DNA of 63,987 bases, counting the filler, from Dimargaris cristalligena (taxonomy: Eukaryota): the NCBI GenBank assembly GCA_003614675.1. It is 5 parts of 5 records of this genome, joined end to end, with 100 filler letters (N's around TTAATTAATTAA, not from the genome) between each part and the next. Parts side by side here need not be neighbours in the genome. Positions count along the whole stretch, not along the records: positions 51,365 to 63,987 come from ML003034.1; 4 more parts are not named here. The stretch is one strand, 5' to 3'. Position numbers and translations under genes: made by a program. Positions 53,034-63,987 of the stretch are shown here, in pieces (position 1 is the first letter of the stretch; each line of letters starts with the position of its first letter). The notes below the pieces were generated by a model. The model was not told the origin of the DNA. It saw nothing but the letters and a program-made list of their open reading frames with translations, and did not search any database.

Positions 53034-56000
53034 GATAAAACAGGCAGTCAGAAGGAAGTCGAAGTTCAATGTTCGTAACTAGAGTAGCCAGTCAAAGGTT
53101 TATAATAGGTGAAGGTGGTGGAGAAAAGAGAAATGATGGTGCGGATGAAGCGAAAATGTGAGCTGAGGCTGTTGAGTATTTCGGAAAGGGGGGCACTGGG
53201 CCGGTATTTATATGATTGGTTTCTAGGGGCATCGTTTATCCCAGAATACTGGAATGCTAGCTCTGTGTGTAATTAGCCACTACTCGGATTAAGTGTGCTT
53301 GGGTGGAAGGGGCCTAACTGTACAAGGGCGGGCCCATCCGCCGTTGGCTATGCTCGCCAAAGCCCCAAGCAGTAGATTTACAACCTTTGTTGTTTCCACT
53401 TCGCTTCCCTTCCGTCCCTCGGGACATATATTCTGTTCGTAGCTTGGTGTAGTTTCCATTAAAGCATATGGAAGAAGTTCATCCAAGCTGTATAACGAAA
53501 AATCCATTAGGTAAGGCCAATATTACTCTCTAAAAATACATTTCCCATATATTCTCCCATACACATATAATGTAAACCCTTATATTGCTGGGCTGAATTT
53601 CACCCATATCCTTTAATTATTCCTATACTCCCCTTTCACGATAGTGGATCTAAATCATCCATCGCTTGAATTCGATTGGAGGCCCATGCGCTTGTATTAC
53701 CATTGTTGTTGGGAAACTCTCCAGCAGCCATTGGGAAGGAACCTAATATATTGCAGCTGAGTATTCTACAATGGATATAGGAAACTGTATTCTGCTTGTT
53801 TTGCTGTATAATTGTCCTATAAAACCCTGTTGCTCCGGTCATCTTCCTTTGAGCAGTTCTCACCTGACCGTAATGACTTTGGTAGTAAAAGACCAGCCAG
53901 TTGGCGCGGGGCTGTTCCGGCAATCCTTGCTATACGATTACCCGGGTATCCTCCTCCCCCAACCCAACCCACACGGGCAGCGTAGGGCGCGCTCGTACAT
54001 CGGGGTGGTATTATAGCTTAGTGCTTCTTCGTGTAATCACGGCTAAGTATTGGCATCAATTAACCAATTGCGAATCTAGGGCCGGGCCTTGTAGAAGACC
54101 TAGGAACAAAGGATGATCGGCTCGTTGGGTTGGTCTTTGCCTTTCAAAATAAACGGTATGGATTTCCCCGATTTGATGGTTTAACTCATTTTTCTTCGAC
54201 GAAGTCTTGGCAATGCAATACCGGACTATAGCTAGCCTACACTAGAAGAGAACAAGAGTTGCCCCATTTCCAGACCGGACGGCCCGATGGAATAACCTTT
54301 TACAGGGTTTTTTCCTTTACTAGCCATCGCCCTTTTCTATATCTGGAATAACACTAGAGTTCAGAGACCTCATCTCTCCTAAATCCACACTGTATTGCCC
54401 TATTGCCTAGCCCTCTGTGCGCTGGAGTAGGAGGCCCTCTCGCTCTGCCCTTCAAACTTGGCACTCCTGCGTTTGTTGACCAGACCATTCCGTCGTGTCA
54501 CTGGCCGGCCGAATATGGGGTCTATCTATTTCATTGTTATATGATTTGGGGTGGGGGATAGGCCTCCATCTGTGGAATGAGGCAGGCCATTAAATGCAGG
54601 AACATGGTGCCCTTTTGGGATTATTGGCCTCCAAGACAGTCTGTACCATGGCAAACCAGACCGCCCAGCTTAAAGAGAGTACTGCCTAAATCCATGCCAT
54701 AGTTGGCCATCTCTGTAAAGAATTTCCCATCGAATTCATACGAGGAATAAACTGTCGTTGGATGTACGTGGAATATATAAACCCATAGGGGGGCCAGACA
54801 TGATATTCTACACATTGACTACGAATGTCCAGATGTTGAGCCCCCTATTTGACCACGGATATGGTAAGTTAATGGACTAGCCTCGCCATTATTAAAGCCG
54901 GGTGAATAAACTGTGTAACCAAAAAAATGATGAGGTGAGTGAGGTGGTTTAACATGATGTAAGAGTATTTATGGGGGTTGGATGTGAAAATGCGGTACAC
55001 CCGCAGTGCAAGTGACTAGTGACATCCAAGAAATTGAGGAACAATAAAAAGTCCAATCTCTAAGCCCTATGTTAATATGGCCAGTTGGTTCGCGATTCAG
55101 GCATTGATCATGGGTATTATAGAGGCTAAAATTCACTCCAAGAATCCACTATAACCTCCATGTGCTATCACTCGATTACCTTGTAATCCATCAACCATTC
55201 CCCCGACATCCATCGCATTATATCCTGGTGTATTCTACGCCCACATAGTTGCTTCTTCAACCAAAATATACATTTAGCCTGTCTGGTCATAAACCCATAT
55301 TTTCTCATTAATGTAGTTCCCCACTCATTGTTCATTTATACCTTATACTAATTAGTTCTGGTTCCAAGTACATGCACTTAAATTGTTATGAAGGTGCCGC
55401 CTTTAAGTATATTTGAAGTACATGCACAATCTTTGTTACCCCCTTTTTTTTCCAGCCCTCCAGTTTTACTTAAAACATTATTTTTATAGGTGGGATTTGT
55501 CGCGGTGGTTCACTGCTCTAATAGTGTATCAGAATCCTCGTGAGTAGGCGTCCCAATACTGCAATACTAGCGGTTGCCTTGATCAGGACTCACCCAGATG
55601 GGAAATAATGGTGGGATATCCATATATGATTTTTGACCCTACATAACTAATTGGGGGTAAACAAGTAAGGGCTTATTCAGATCAATATTAAGGGAGTCCT
55701 CCAATTGCCAACCGGTGTAGGGCAGTTGATTATCATGACACCGGATTTTGCTATTGCAAAGGTATTATAGTATAATGATGCCCTTTATTCAGCTAACAAT
55801 AAAGGCAAGGGCCTGGCTGTCATAGTGCGGACAGTCTTGTAAAATGGTATAATGAAATTATATCAATTTCCGAAGGTGTACCTCAGTATTTTATCTAACA
55901 AATATAGAGACTACACCCCATAAGTTTTTAGTTTCACGGGATGTGGCCATAAATTCCTGACTTGAGAGTGAGAAACACACATGAGGCTTAGAAAGATTTT

Positions 56001-56558
56001 CAATAAAACCTGGATACTTGGCAGGTCCCCGTTTCCAAATAATGCCAAACTGTCTCTTTCTCGAATTAACTCGATGGAATTAATACGTGCATATTCACAT
56101 ACCACATCCCTTATTGCTTGGCAGGGTGCCTTGCTTAAATTTAATAGCAATACAGAAATATTATTGGAAATTTAGTATAATATTAACACAGAACTGATGC
56201 AAAATACAGATAGTGGCGCTAATTAGCATAGAATCGGCGGATCCCATACGATTGCTCAGACGGGGCCGCAGAGAAAGGAGGAATGGGGCGAAAGAGATGT
56301 AAATATATCGGTTTAATATATGTACACCTAAAGAATATAATAACGTAATACATTACTAATATCGGATACTAAAGGAAAGAAATTAAGAAGAGGATAATGT
56401 GCATTAAAAACATTAAGTGCAAAATAGAAAAAAAGACTTATAGCTAATTAAGAAACAACAATATATATTGATGGTGGGTTGAGATGTCAATGGTCCCCAG
56501 GATAAGAGAGGAGAGAAGGTGGGAGGATCGTAACCAGGAACCGGGGTGATTTTGCCCC

Positions 56559-59500
56559 TTACAAATCATCATCGGAAATATCGTCCATTTCCTCATCATC
56601 ACTTTCTTCTTCCGCCTCCTCCTCTTCCTCCCCATCATCCTCCTCTTCCTCCCCATCATCCTCCGAAGACTCGACAATTTGATTACGTCGGTTCCGGTTT
56701 AGTGGGGTTGCCACGGCGGATATCCGTGTACTGCGCCGGACACTACCGACTTCGGCGTTCAAGGGCGTCCCGCCAATCTGTCTTATTTTCGGCGGGCTCG
56801 GTCCACCCCGATTGGTAAATGGATCGGAATCGGAGTCGCCTTCGATGGCATCTTCGTCCATATCATCTGCGACACCGACACCGACATCGTCGTCGTCGTC
56901 GTCATCCATGAGTTCATCCTCGATTTCGTCCTCCGATGATGAATCCGAAAAGGCCTGCGCCCGCCGCGATCGACGGGGTTTCTTGGCGGTGCTTTGGGTA
57001 GCGGTACCCTCCCCTGGGGCCGATCCGCGAGCAACCTTTCGGGAACGGCTGGCGGGGGTTAGAGAGGGGTGGGCCTTCAAGACTGACCCTGGGGTATTTG
57101 GCACCCGCTTACCGGCCTTTTTCTTGGGGGTGGACTGTGGGTCAGTCAAAGCCGCTGCCGCTGAGGTAGCATGGGTAATGTTGGTATTACCACTGTCATT
57201 GGCAGAAGTGAACAAAGGGGATGGTGAGGTGGGCGACGCCAATGATGATGGGTTTTGGGAGTCTATAGCCATGGTAATGTCCGCCGGGAGTGGTGGTGCT
57301 GCCAGCAAAGGTGTCAGTGCCCCACTTCGACCATTCTCCTTGGCCTTATTCTTCTTCCCAGCTGTTGACGAACCCCCTCCGCCCCGGGGTTTAGCCGTCG
57401 TATCCGGTTCGCCCGCACAGCGTATCCGGGCCTCCTTAACCTTGGCTTCAAATTCATCGAGTAGCGGTTTGATGAGTGCCCGGGTTTCGGGCCGCTGGCT
57501 ACCCTGGAGCCGGAGTTTACTGATGATGTCGAGCATACACTGGTGCACGGCATCGTCCCCCAGTTTATCGCTGTAGAGGGGGAAAGCGTCCACCAGCTTT
57601 TTGAAGGTCCGTTCCGTACGGTAAGGCACCGACGCTAAGCAGTAGGCAATATCGCGCCACTGGCGACTTTCGGCACCCCGATCGATAGAGGGAGTATCAC
57701 CACCCACTTGCGAGGTGTTCGGGAAGGCCGCGGGTATGATCGCGGTGGTGGAAGTAGTCGAACTGGTGATGGTAGTGGTAGACGACGTGCGGAAACGCTG
57801 GCACAGCTTTTCGACGATATTTTCAGTTTGCCGGTCCTTGTTGATGAATTCGAAGATGAATTTCATGATCCGGGCGAACGCGTCCTCGGATACGGCATTG
57901 GCCCCCGTGGACAGGGTACTGATCATGTCGGGAAGATTATTATACAGGTAGCTGTCCTTCGAGGCCAGTTCGGTAAAGAATAGTTTAGCCAGGTCACTGA
58001 TCCGACGGTCGGGGTCCTCCAGGCACTTGGCCATTTCCCCCAGCTGTCCTTTCACTTTGATCATGCCGTTCAGAATCAAATGGGTCAAAACCATGAGGGT
58101 GTTTTTCTTCACAGCCTTGTCACTATCATGCAGCGGCCCGTAGAGGTAACCCACGTTCTCGCCGATGAGGTTATTGAAGCAAACGGTCAGGTCACCCAGC
58201 GCGATGATGATATTGCTTCGGATGGTGGGCAACTGAGAGTGGGTGAGGATCCGCACGAGGAGAGGCAGTTGGGTTTCGCAGAAAAGGGAGCTGACGCACA
58301 TCATTTTGGACAGCGCCAGGGCGGCGTGAGTCTGTAGGACCGTGTCGGCGTAGACCTGGGGGTTCGAGCACACGTGGGCCGCCATGTGGCCGTATACGGC
58401 CAGGAGGGAAGTGGGGCCGTAGAGGAGTTCGCGTTCTCGGATATGTTGGATGGTGTCGGCCACTTCATCTTCGGTAGTCCCCGTGACCTGTTCCAGTTCA
58501 TCTTCCTCCGAGGCCGCTGCTTTGCCCCCACCTTTGCCCCCCGACGGGGTTTTGGTGGCCGTGCTATCGGATCCCCGGCGGCGCTTCAGTTCGGCCTCTA
58601 TGATTTCCAGGAGGACAATTTGCTTGATGGCCACATGGCCGGCAAGGAAAAGAAGTTGACAGAGGGGGTACGAACTGCGAACCATGGTTGTGGCACCGGA
58701 TCGCTGACTGAACGCCACCGGCTGAGCCTCGGGCGGGGTTGTAACAGCCGACGCCTCCTCCCCTTCCTTATCGACTGCCATTCCTTCCTCCCCTTCTACG
58801 TCGGTGCTATCCGGAGCGGGCGTCGACGCGGGCTCGGGTGTCCGGGGGGTGGTTAACTGGAGCACCTCCCGGGTCTTCTCCCGGATAATTTCGGTACAGA
58901 CCACATCGGGCTGTTCGCTGAGGGCGTAAATGGCATTAACGGCCTGTTCGGCCAGGGGGAACCACTCGTCGGATTCAATCGGATCCAAAATAATACTCCG
59001 TATTTGGGTAAAAATGGGGTGGAACCGGGGGAATCGGGTGGACCGCTGTTTGTCCGCGCCTTCCCCCGCCTTGGGAATCTTATCGCGCTTCCCACTGCTA
59101 CCCAGACATTGTAGCGCAATGCACGTGTACTTGGCCAACACCAGGTCAGCTCGACCCAGTCGACCCAATCCAACTCTGAGTAGTGCATCGACGCTGTTAG
59201 CCACCAGGTCCCGTTTGGCCTTGGCCAGCATGCCCAGAATGATGATAGCGCCTTGGCGCTGGTGCCGCGGCAGATCGTCTTTGGTGTAGCTGTACACGCT
59301 CCACAGTTTGGCGATTACATCGGCGGTGATCAAATCATCATGCATCATACAGCCCAGGAGCTCTTCCAGGGAAGTCAGTTCAGCCAGCGTTGCGTGGTTA
59401 GTCAATCCAATGAGGTTTCGTACGGTCTGGCTGGTCACCTCACGGTCAGAAAGTTCACCACCACGTGGAGGAATGTAAATCTTGCTATAGCAATCGATGA

Positions 59501-61500
59501 GTTTGGTTTTGACTCCTTTGGCCTCGTCCCCCGCAGTGTTATCCTTGATCCAGATCAGGTGAACCATTTTACGGACCCCCTCGACAGCCCGGTCGATTTT
59601 GTAGTGGTAGGCGGCCACAAAAAAGTCCATAGATTCCATGACTTCGGCCTTGTGGGTCGAACCCAGCAGCTGACACAGAGTAGGGATGGCGTCCGACAAT
59701 TGGTACACGAAGCGGAGGGCATCTTTGTAATAGCGCTGTTGGAGCTGTAGCTGGGTGAACAGAGCCAGGGTCTCCTCACTGATCCCTGGGAGGACTGGTT
59801 CCTCGACTTCGGCGGATGGGGTGGGGGCTGGAGTGCCTTCGTCCAACTCCATGGAATCCTCCGATTCGTCGAGCTCGACTCCTTCATCGGGGGAAGGCGA
59901 CGGCGAAGCGACAGTCACCTCCGGGTTACGCTTTAACGCCATGGCGGCGACGTCTTGCAAACTAGCGATAGCCTGCATCTGTTCCTGGACATCCCGAAGC
60001 TTGGTGGCGAGCTCCTCCTGTACCAGTGGACCGCCGTCCAGGGCGAAGGGGTGGGTGAGTAAAAACGCGGTGAGGGCCTTAATAGCCAGTTTCCGCACGT
60101 AGCTGGTCTTATCCTCGAACCGGGAGATGATGAGGTCAATCAGGCGGGGTCGTTGTTTGGGGAATTTGGCGGAACCTTCGGTGAGTCGGATACACACCTG
60201 GAGGACCTTACTACGACAGGCAAAATTGTTGTCCCGGAACCGTTGCTCCAGCAATTCGAAATACTCGGTAATCTGATGGCGCTGCATGTTGGTGGCCTCC
60301 AGACCAGATAGGTAGAGAATGAGATTGCCAATCACTTCAATGATGGCGCTCCGGACGGAGGGCAGTTCACTGTCGAGGAAACGCACCAGGATACCCATAT
60401 GCTTGAGGACCACCTTGGGACACAGTTCAGAAAGATGGACCAGGAAACGGCCGAATGACTTGGGACTATTCTTATCCTGGGCCCCGTTGAAATCCCGGTT
60501 GCCGATTTCTCGCAGAACCTCGTCCGCCAGCTGGTGGGCTTCGAAGTCGTTGTAGCAGGCCACTAGGAGTTCGGCCATGGTGTCGCTTAGGTCATCGTAG
60601 TGCTGCAGATTCTGGATAATCGTGGTCTTGGCCGTAAATGTGTGGCTGTAGTATTGGACGCAGCGCCCGATGCAGTGGAAAGCACGTTGTTTAAGATCCG
60701 TACCCTTGGATAAGAGGGGGTTCTCGAGGACTTGGTAGGAGATTTTAGTGACGGCCCCAATGTAGGTATCTCGGGCCGGCGTCGAGTTCCACAGCTTGTT
60801 CAATCGAAGAACCAACGACTCGTGTACGCATCTCCAGATGATGATCCCGCGCGGGCCCCAAGCTTTGACAAAAGCAGCACTATCGATATAGTCAGCGGAC
60901 TTGGCCGAACCGCGGGCGGATTTAGAACGACTCGCAGTCTGAATTAGCCGGTCGGAGACCGCATTAGTAGTCAGCTGACACAGATAGGCAAAACGTTCTA
61001 GGGTCTCAACGTGGTGGCCAGCTACAAAAGAGTCCAGGGCCATTTCATCCTTTAAAGAATCGATGGTTTGCTGAAACCCAACCACCAACGCGTCGATGGC
61101 CTGGCCGCCAGTCTTGGAGTTCAGGTGGGGTAACCGGCTGAGGTAGGCGGCCAACAGTTCAAAGTCATGTCCGTCGTTTAAGGATTCGGGAGACTCGCTG
61201 AGCCGCTTGGCGAGATCTGGTGGGGAGGAAAGGGAAAGGGTGCCGGACAAGCAGCAGAGTGTTCCCTCAGGAATGGGTTAGTTCGGTGCAGTGGGCGAAA
61301 TACCCTGAATCGACTGGCGTCATTCTAGACTATTGGGGAGGTACGAGGCCCCAAACCAGGTTAACAAAGATAGGAAGACACCTACCATCCAGTTCCTTGA
61401 GCTGATCCCGGGGATTCTTGGAGGAGACATCGAGCTCGGTGGAGACGTGGTACTCCCCTTGTTGGAGGCTTAGTAATTCGTCCTGAAGCGAAAAGTGCAT
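56559..61500 (-). CDS. CND1: Condensin I HEAT subunit Cnd1/Ycs4/CAP-D2
   Basis: Exons 61500-61386 and 61216-56559 (~1590 aa). RSKVLQV, DKTSYVRK, FLAGHVAIKQIV, EDELEQV, ALSKMMCVS, IRSNIIIALGD, NTLMVLTHLILNGMIKVKGQLGEMAKCLED, NNLPDMIS, VEKLCQRF; acidic C-terminal tail. Confidence 0.96.
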
Positions 61501-61787
61501 GTTGAAGCTAAGTGTACATGTATAGATAATAGCGGTTTAAAAAATATATTGTTTTTTTATAATAAAAAAAAACGGGCGGACAAGTAAATGGGGGGTTGAG
61601 TGCCGGTCAAAGTAAAGTCAGGGGGCGGGTTAAAGCGGAGAGGGCCAGTTGAACGAGACGAGCGGTAACGTAAATAATATTAAAAAATACACAGAAAACG
61701 GAATAGGCAGCCAGTTCACAACAAAAAGAGGCGAAGGGGGAGGGTTCGTTGTCGGAACCAATATTCTGCAACGTGAATCGGCGACAC

Positions 61788-61800
61788 TTCTCGCGCCAAA
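61788..61800 (-). promoter_or_regulatory. Candidate E2F/SBF-type cell-cycle element upstream of CND1
   Basis: TTTGGCGCGAGAA on the minus strand (E2F consensus TTTSSCGC), ~290 nt upstream of the ATG, with a CCAAT at ~61758. Confidence 0.4.
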
Positions 61801-62190
61801 GGGTTGGTCTGGCAAGTGTCCCTGAATAGGTATAAAGAAAAGAAGGGACTTTATCTCCCAGGTTCGTTTATCCCTTTTTTGAAGTCGGTGTTATGGAAAA
61901 AGAATTGGCTTAAGCACTGGATTCCTCCGCAGTTCAAATCAAAACAAACGGCCCATACCCTTATAGATGGGTGAAAATAGTGGCACCTTAGCTCTATTTT
62001 TATTCCCATTACCGTAGTTGCCAAATAATAGAGACCCCTCTCTCATTGGTCTGTAATACGGGGAGCCCTGCTACCACCACACGACCACCCACTAGGAGTC
62101 CCAATTATATGGCCAGATATAACAATACTGTATTGCTCTAACCGCAATCCCCCCAGCTGATACCAAATAAATGGCTTGGGGAGCTGTGCG

Positions 62191-63961
62191 TCTTGGGAGG
62201 AAATCACAGATGCAATCAGTAGACATATGGCAGAGGCATAACTAAGCTGTATTCCAAAAAAATCATTGGGTGCTGCAAATACCATTGGGTGAACCCTTTT
62301 CTCCCAACTATTACTTTAACCATGTAAGCAAGGTAGACAGGCCAGTTGAAGGTTGGTGGCCAATTTCAAAACATAGCTATGGTAGGACCTGCCACTATTT
62401 AGTCAGTCCTAGTATTAGTAGTAATACCTTATCATTGGGGTCTATTTTTTTATCACTCTATCTGCACTTCCTTGATAAAGTCACAGTTTACATTCCAGCC
62501 TTGTACTATCATAGCAAACCAGCTATAAATCAAATCCATTTGTCAACTATCATCAATGCCCCTATCAATTTAATACATATACTGATTCATTATTTACCAC
62601 CATTGGGTATTTCTTAAGTAATACTACACTGGTCAAATTATGGCCACTTCTTAAGTATAAATACCTCTAAGGACCACGGCTCTAAATAAATAATCAATTA
62701 TCACATCCTCTGAATTATGCCCATCATATATACCTACAGTTGCCATAGCTATTTTCAAATCCCAGTCTATGGTCAATATTATATATTTATTTCAAGGCAC
62801 ACACACCTATTATTACTGGCATTGTTATAGCCACTACACCACATCACAACAGTGGGTGGGTACTCTGACATCCTAATGAATAAAGTCCCATATGGTTGGG
62901 ATGTCTGTGATATGACAAAAAGAGGTAGGCATACCTTGGGATAATTATAGTTACTGAGTCTTATTTTATAGATGATGGTTGCAAATGGAAACACCAGAAC
63001 AAGTAAAGATAATAAGCATTGTCTTTATTGAAGGTGTACTCTTGGTTACAATTTATAGACACTAATGGCATTATGCAAATATTGTAGAATACCCCCTTAA
63101 CATGTCAAAGATAGTTTTTCATAAACTAAGTATAACAATCATTAATAAGTGGAACTATGTTCATCAGAAGCTGGGAAATAGACCTTCCCATTCAGTCAGA
63201 AATCAATAAATAGTTACAACATTCCCATAATACCAGGTCCCATTAATTTGATGTCATTCATGGGTAACAGGGGTGTGTATCAAATACTGTTGTGATATAA
63301 CCAAATGGCCATAGTGGTATTTAATATTGTCCTATTTATTTTTCCTCTTTCATTAAAACCACTATCTATATTTAGATGATTAGTTAATGAATTGATGCTA
63401 CTAGCCTAAGTTTTCCCTTTTATAAGTTGTTATTGTTATCCAATGATTATATATTTACTTCTAATTAGATGATTATTCCAAGTATTATATTTATACCCTA
63501 GCTGTACTCCATCAACAAGTATCAGCTATTTCTTTAGCCTATTATAAGTTTGTCTATATCTTTTGCATCCTTATTTTTATTATACTAATGGGTATAAATA
63601 TTTTTATCCATCCAATTATTATTTTAAAGTTCCCCTTTTTACCCTTATTTTGGTAATACTAATGAGTGGTTTACCATTTATAACTAATGCTATAATTTGA
63701 AGACCCTTGCCTTTACTTTTGTTTTTATTATACCAATGGGTTGTTGGCCCACCTAATCCTTCCTAATATGGGAACCCTAATCATCCCATCCTATCTTGCC
63801 TTATTGTGCCATATTACCCCCCCCCCTTTACTATATAACCTACTATGTCCGGGTCCCAGCACTTCTCATACAATACTCCACTGGCTGATCCAATGTTCCT
63901 CCTTTCCCAGTGTAGTGAACTTACCACATTTTTTACCTACTTTTATTTTTTATCTATTTTT
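62191..63961. repeat. CpG-depleted AT-rich decayed sequence (probable mutated repeat or transposon relic)
   Basis: Two CpG (62677, 63850) in ~1770 nt by manual count; only short nonsense ORFs; lies at the window end. Confidence 0.55.
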
Positions 63962-63987
63962 CGCACTTATCGGAAGTACGCCCCTAA

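Noticed and set aside
53289..56175. Short ORFs between the secreted-peptide candidate and CND1
   Set aside because: No recognisable motif or consistent exon chain could be built by eye.
63962..63987. Terminal TTA-GGGGCGTAC (minus strand) as a PIF/Harbinger inverted repeat, or CCCTAA as a telomere
   Set aside because: I found no partner inverted repeat in the window, and there is only one hexamer.

Overview
Eukaryotic genomic DNA, with no prokaryotic island or CRISPR array. The window is five unrelated ~12.6-12.8 kb contigs joined by four identical artificial 100-bp linkers (44 N + TTAATTAATTAA + 44 N), so neighbourhoods across linkers are meaningless and four genes are cut at contig ends. 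GT-AG introns with CTAAC-type branch points and a mix of fungal genes (VTC1, Cbk1, Nox) with genes shared by animals or plants (bifunctional AASS, CLEC16A) suggest an early-diverging fungus. Zoopagomycota (e.g. Dimargaris-like) is a guess I cannot confirm. Supported genes: frameshifted VTC1, AASS, a WHIM-PHD chromatin protein, tRNA-Thr(CGT), RPS15, TRM140/METTL2, a P4-ATPase, DIP2 (partial), CBK1, an NADPH oxidase (partial), a dispersed 5S rRNA, CLEC16A, TANGO6/RTP1, WDR24 (partial), condensin CND1 and two unrecognised secreted-protein ORFs. I found no clear new multi-gene system. The best leads are two almost CpG-free decayed segments (possible 5mC- or RIP-like genome defence), the animal-type LKR/SDH fusion, a structured 5'UTR intron and TOP-like leader in RPS15, an E2F-like site upstream of condensin, and the VTC1 G7 frameshift. 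Exon coordinates were derived by hand.
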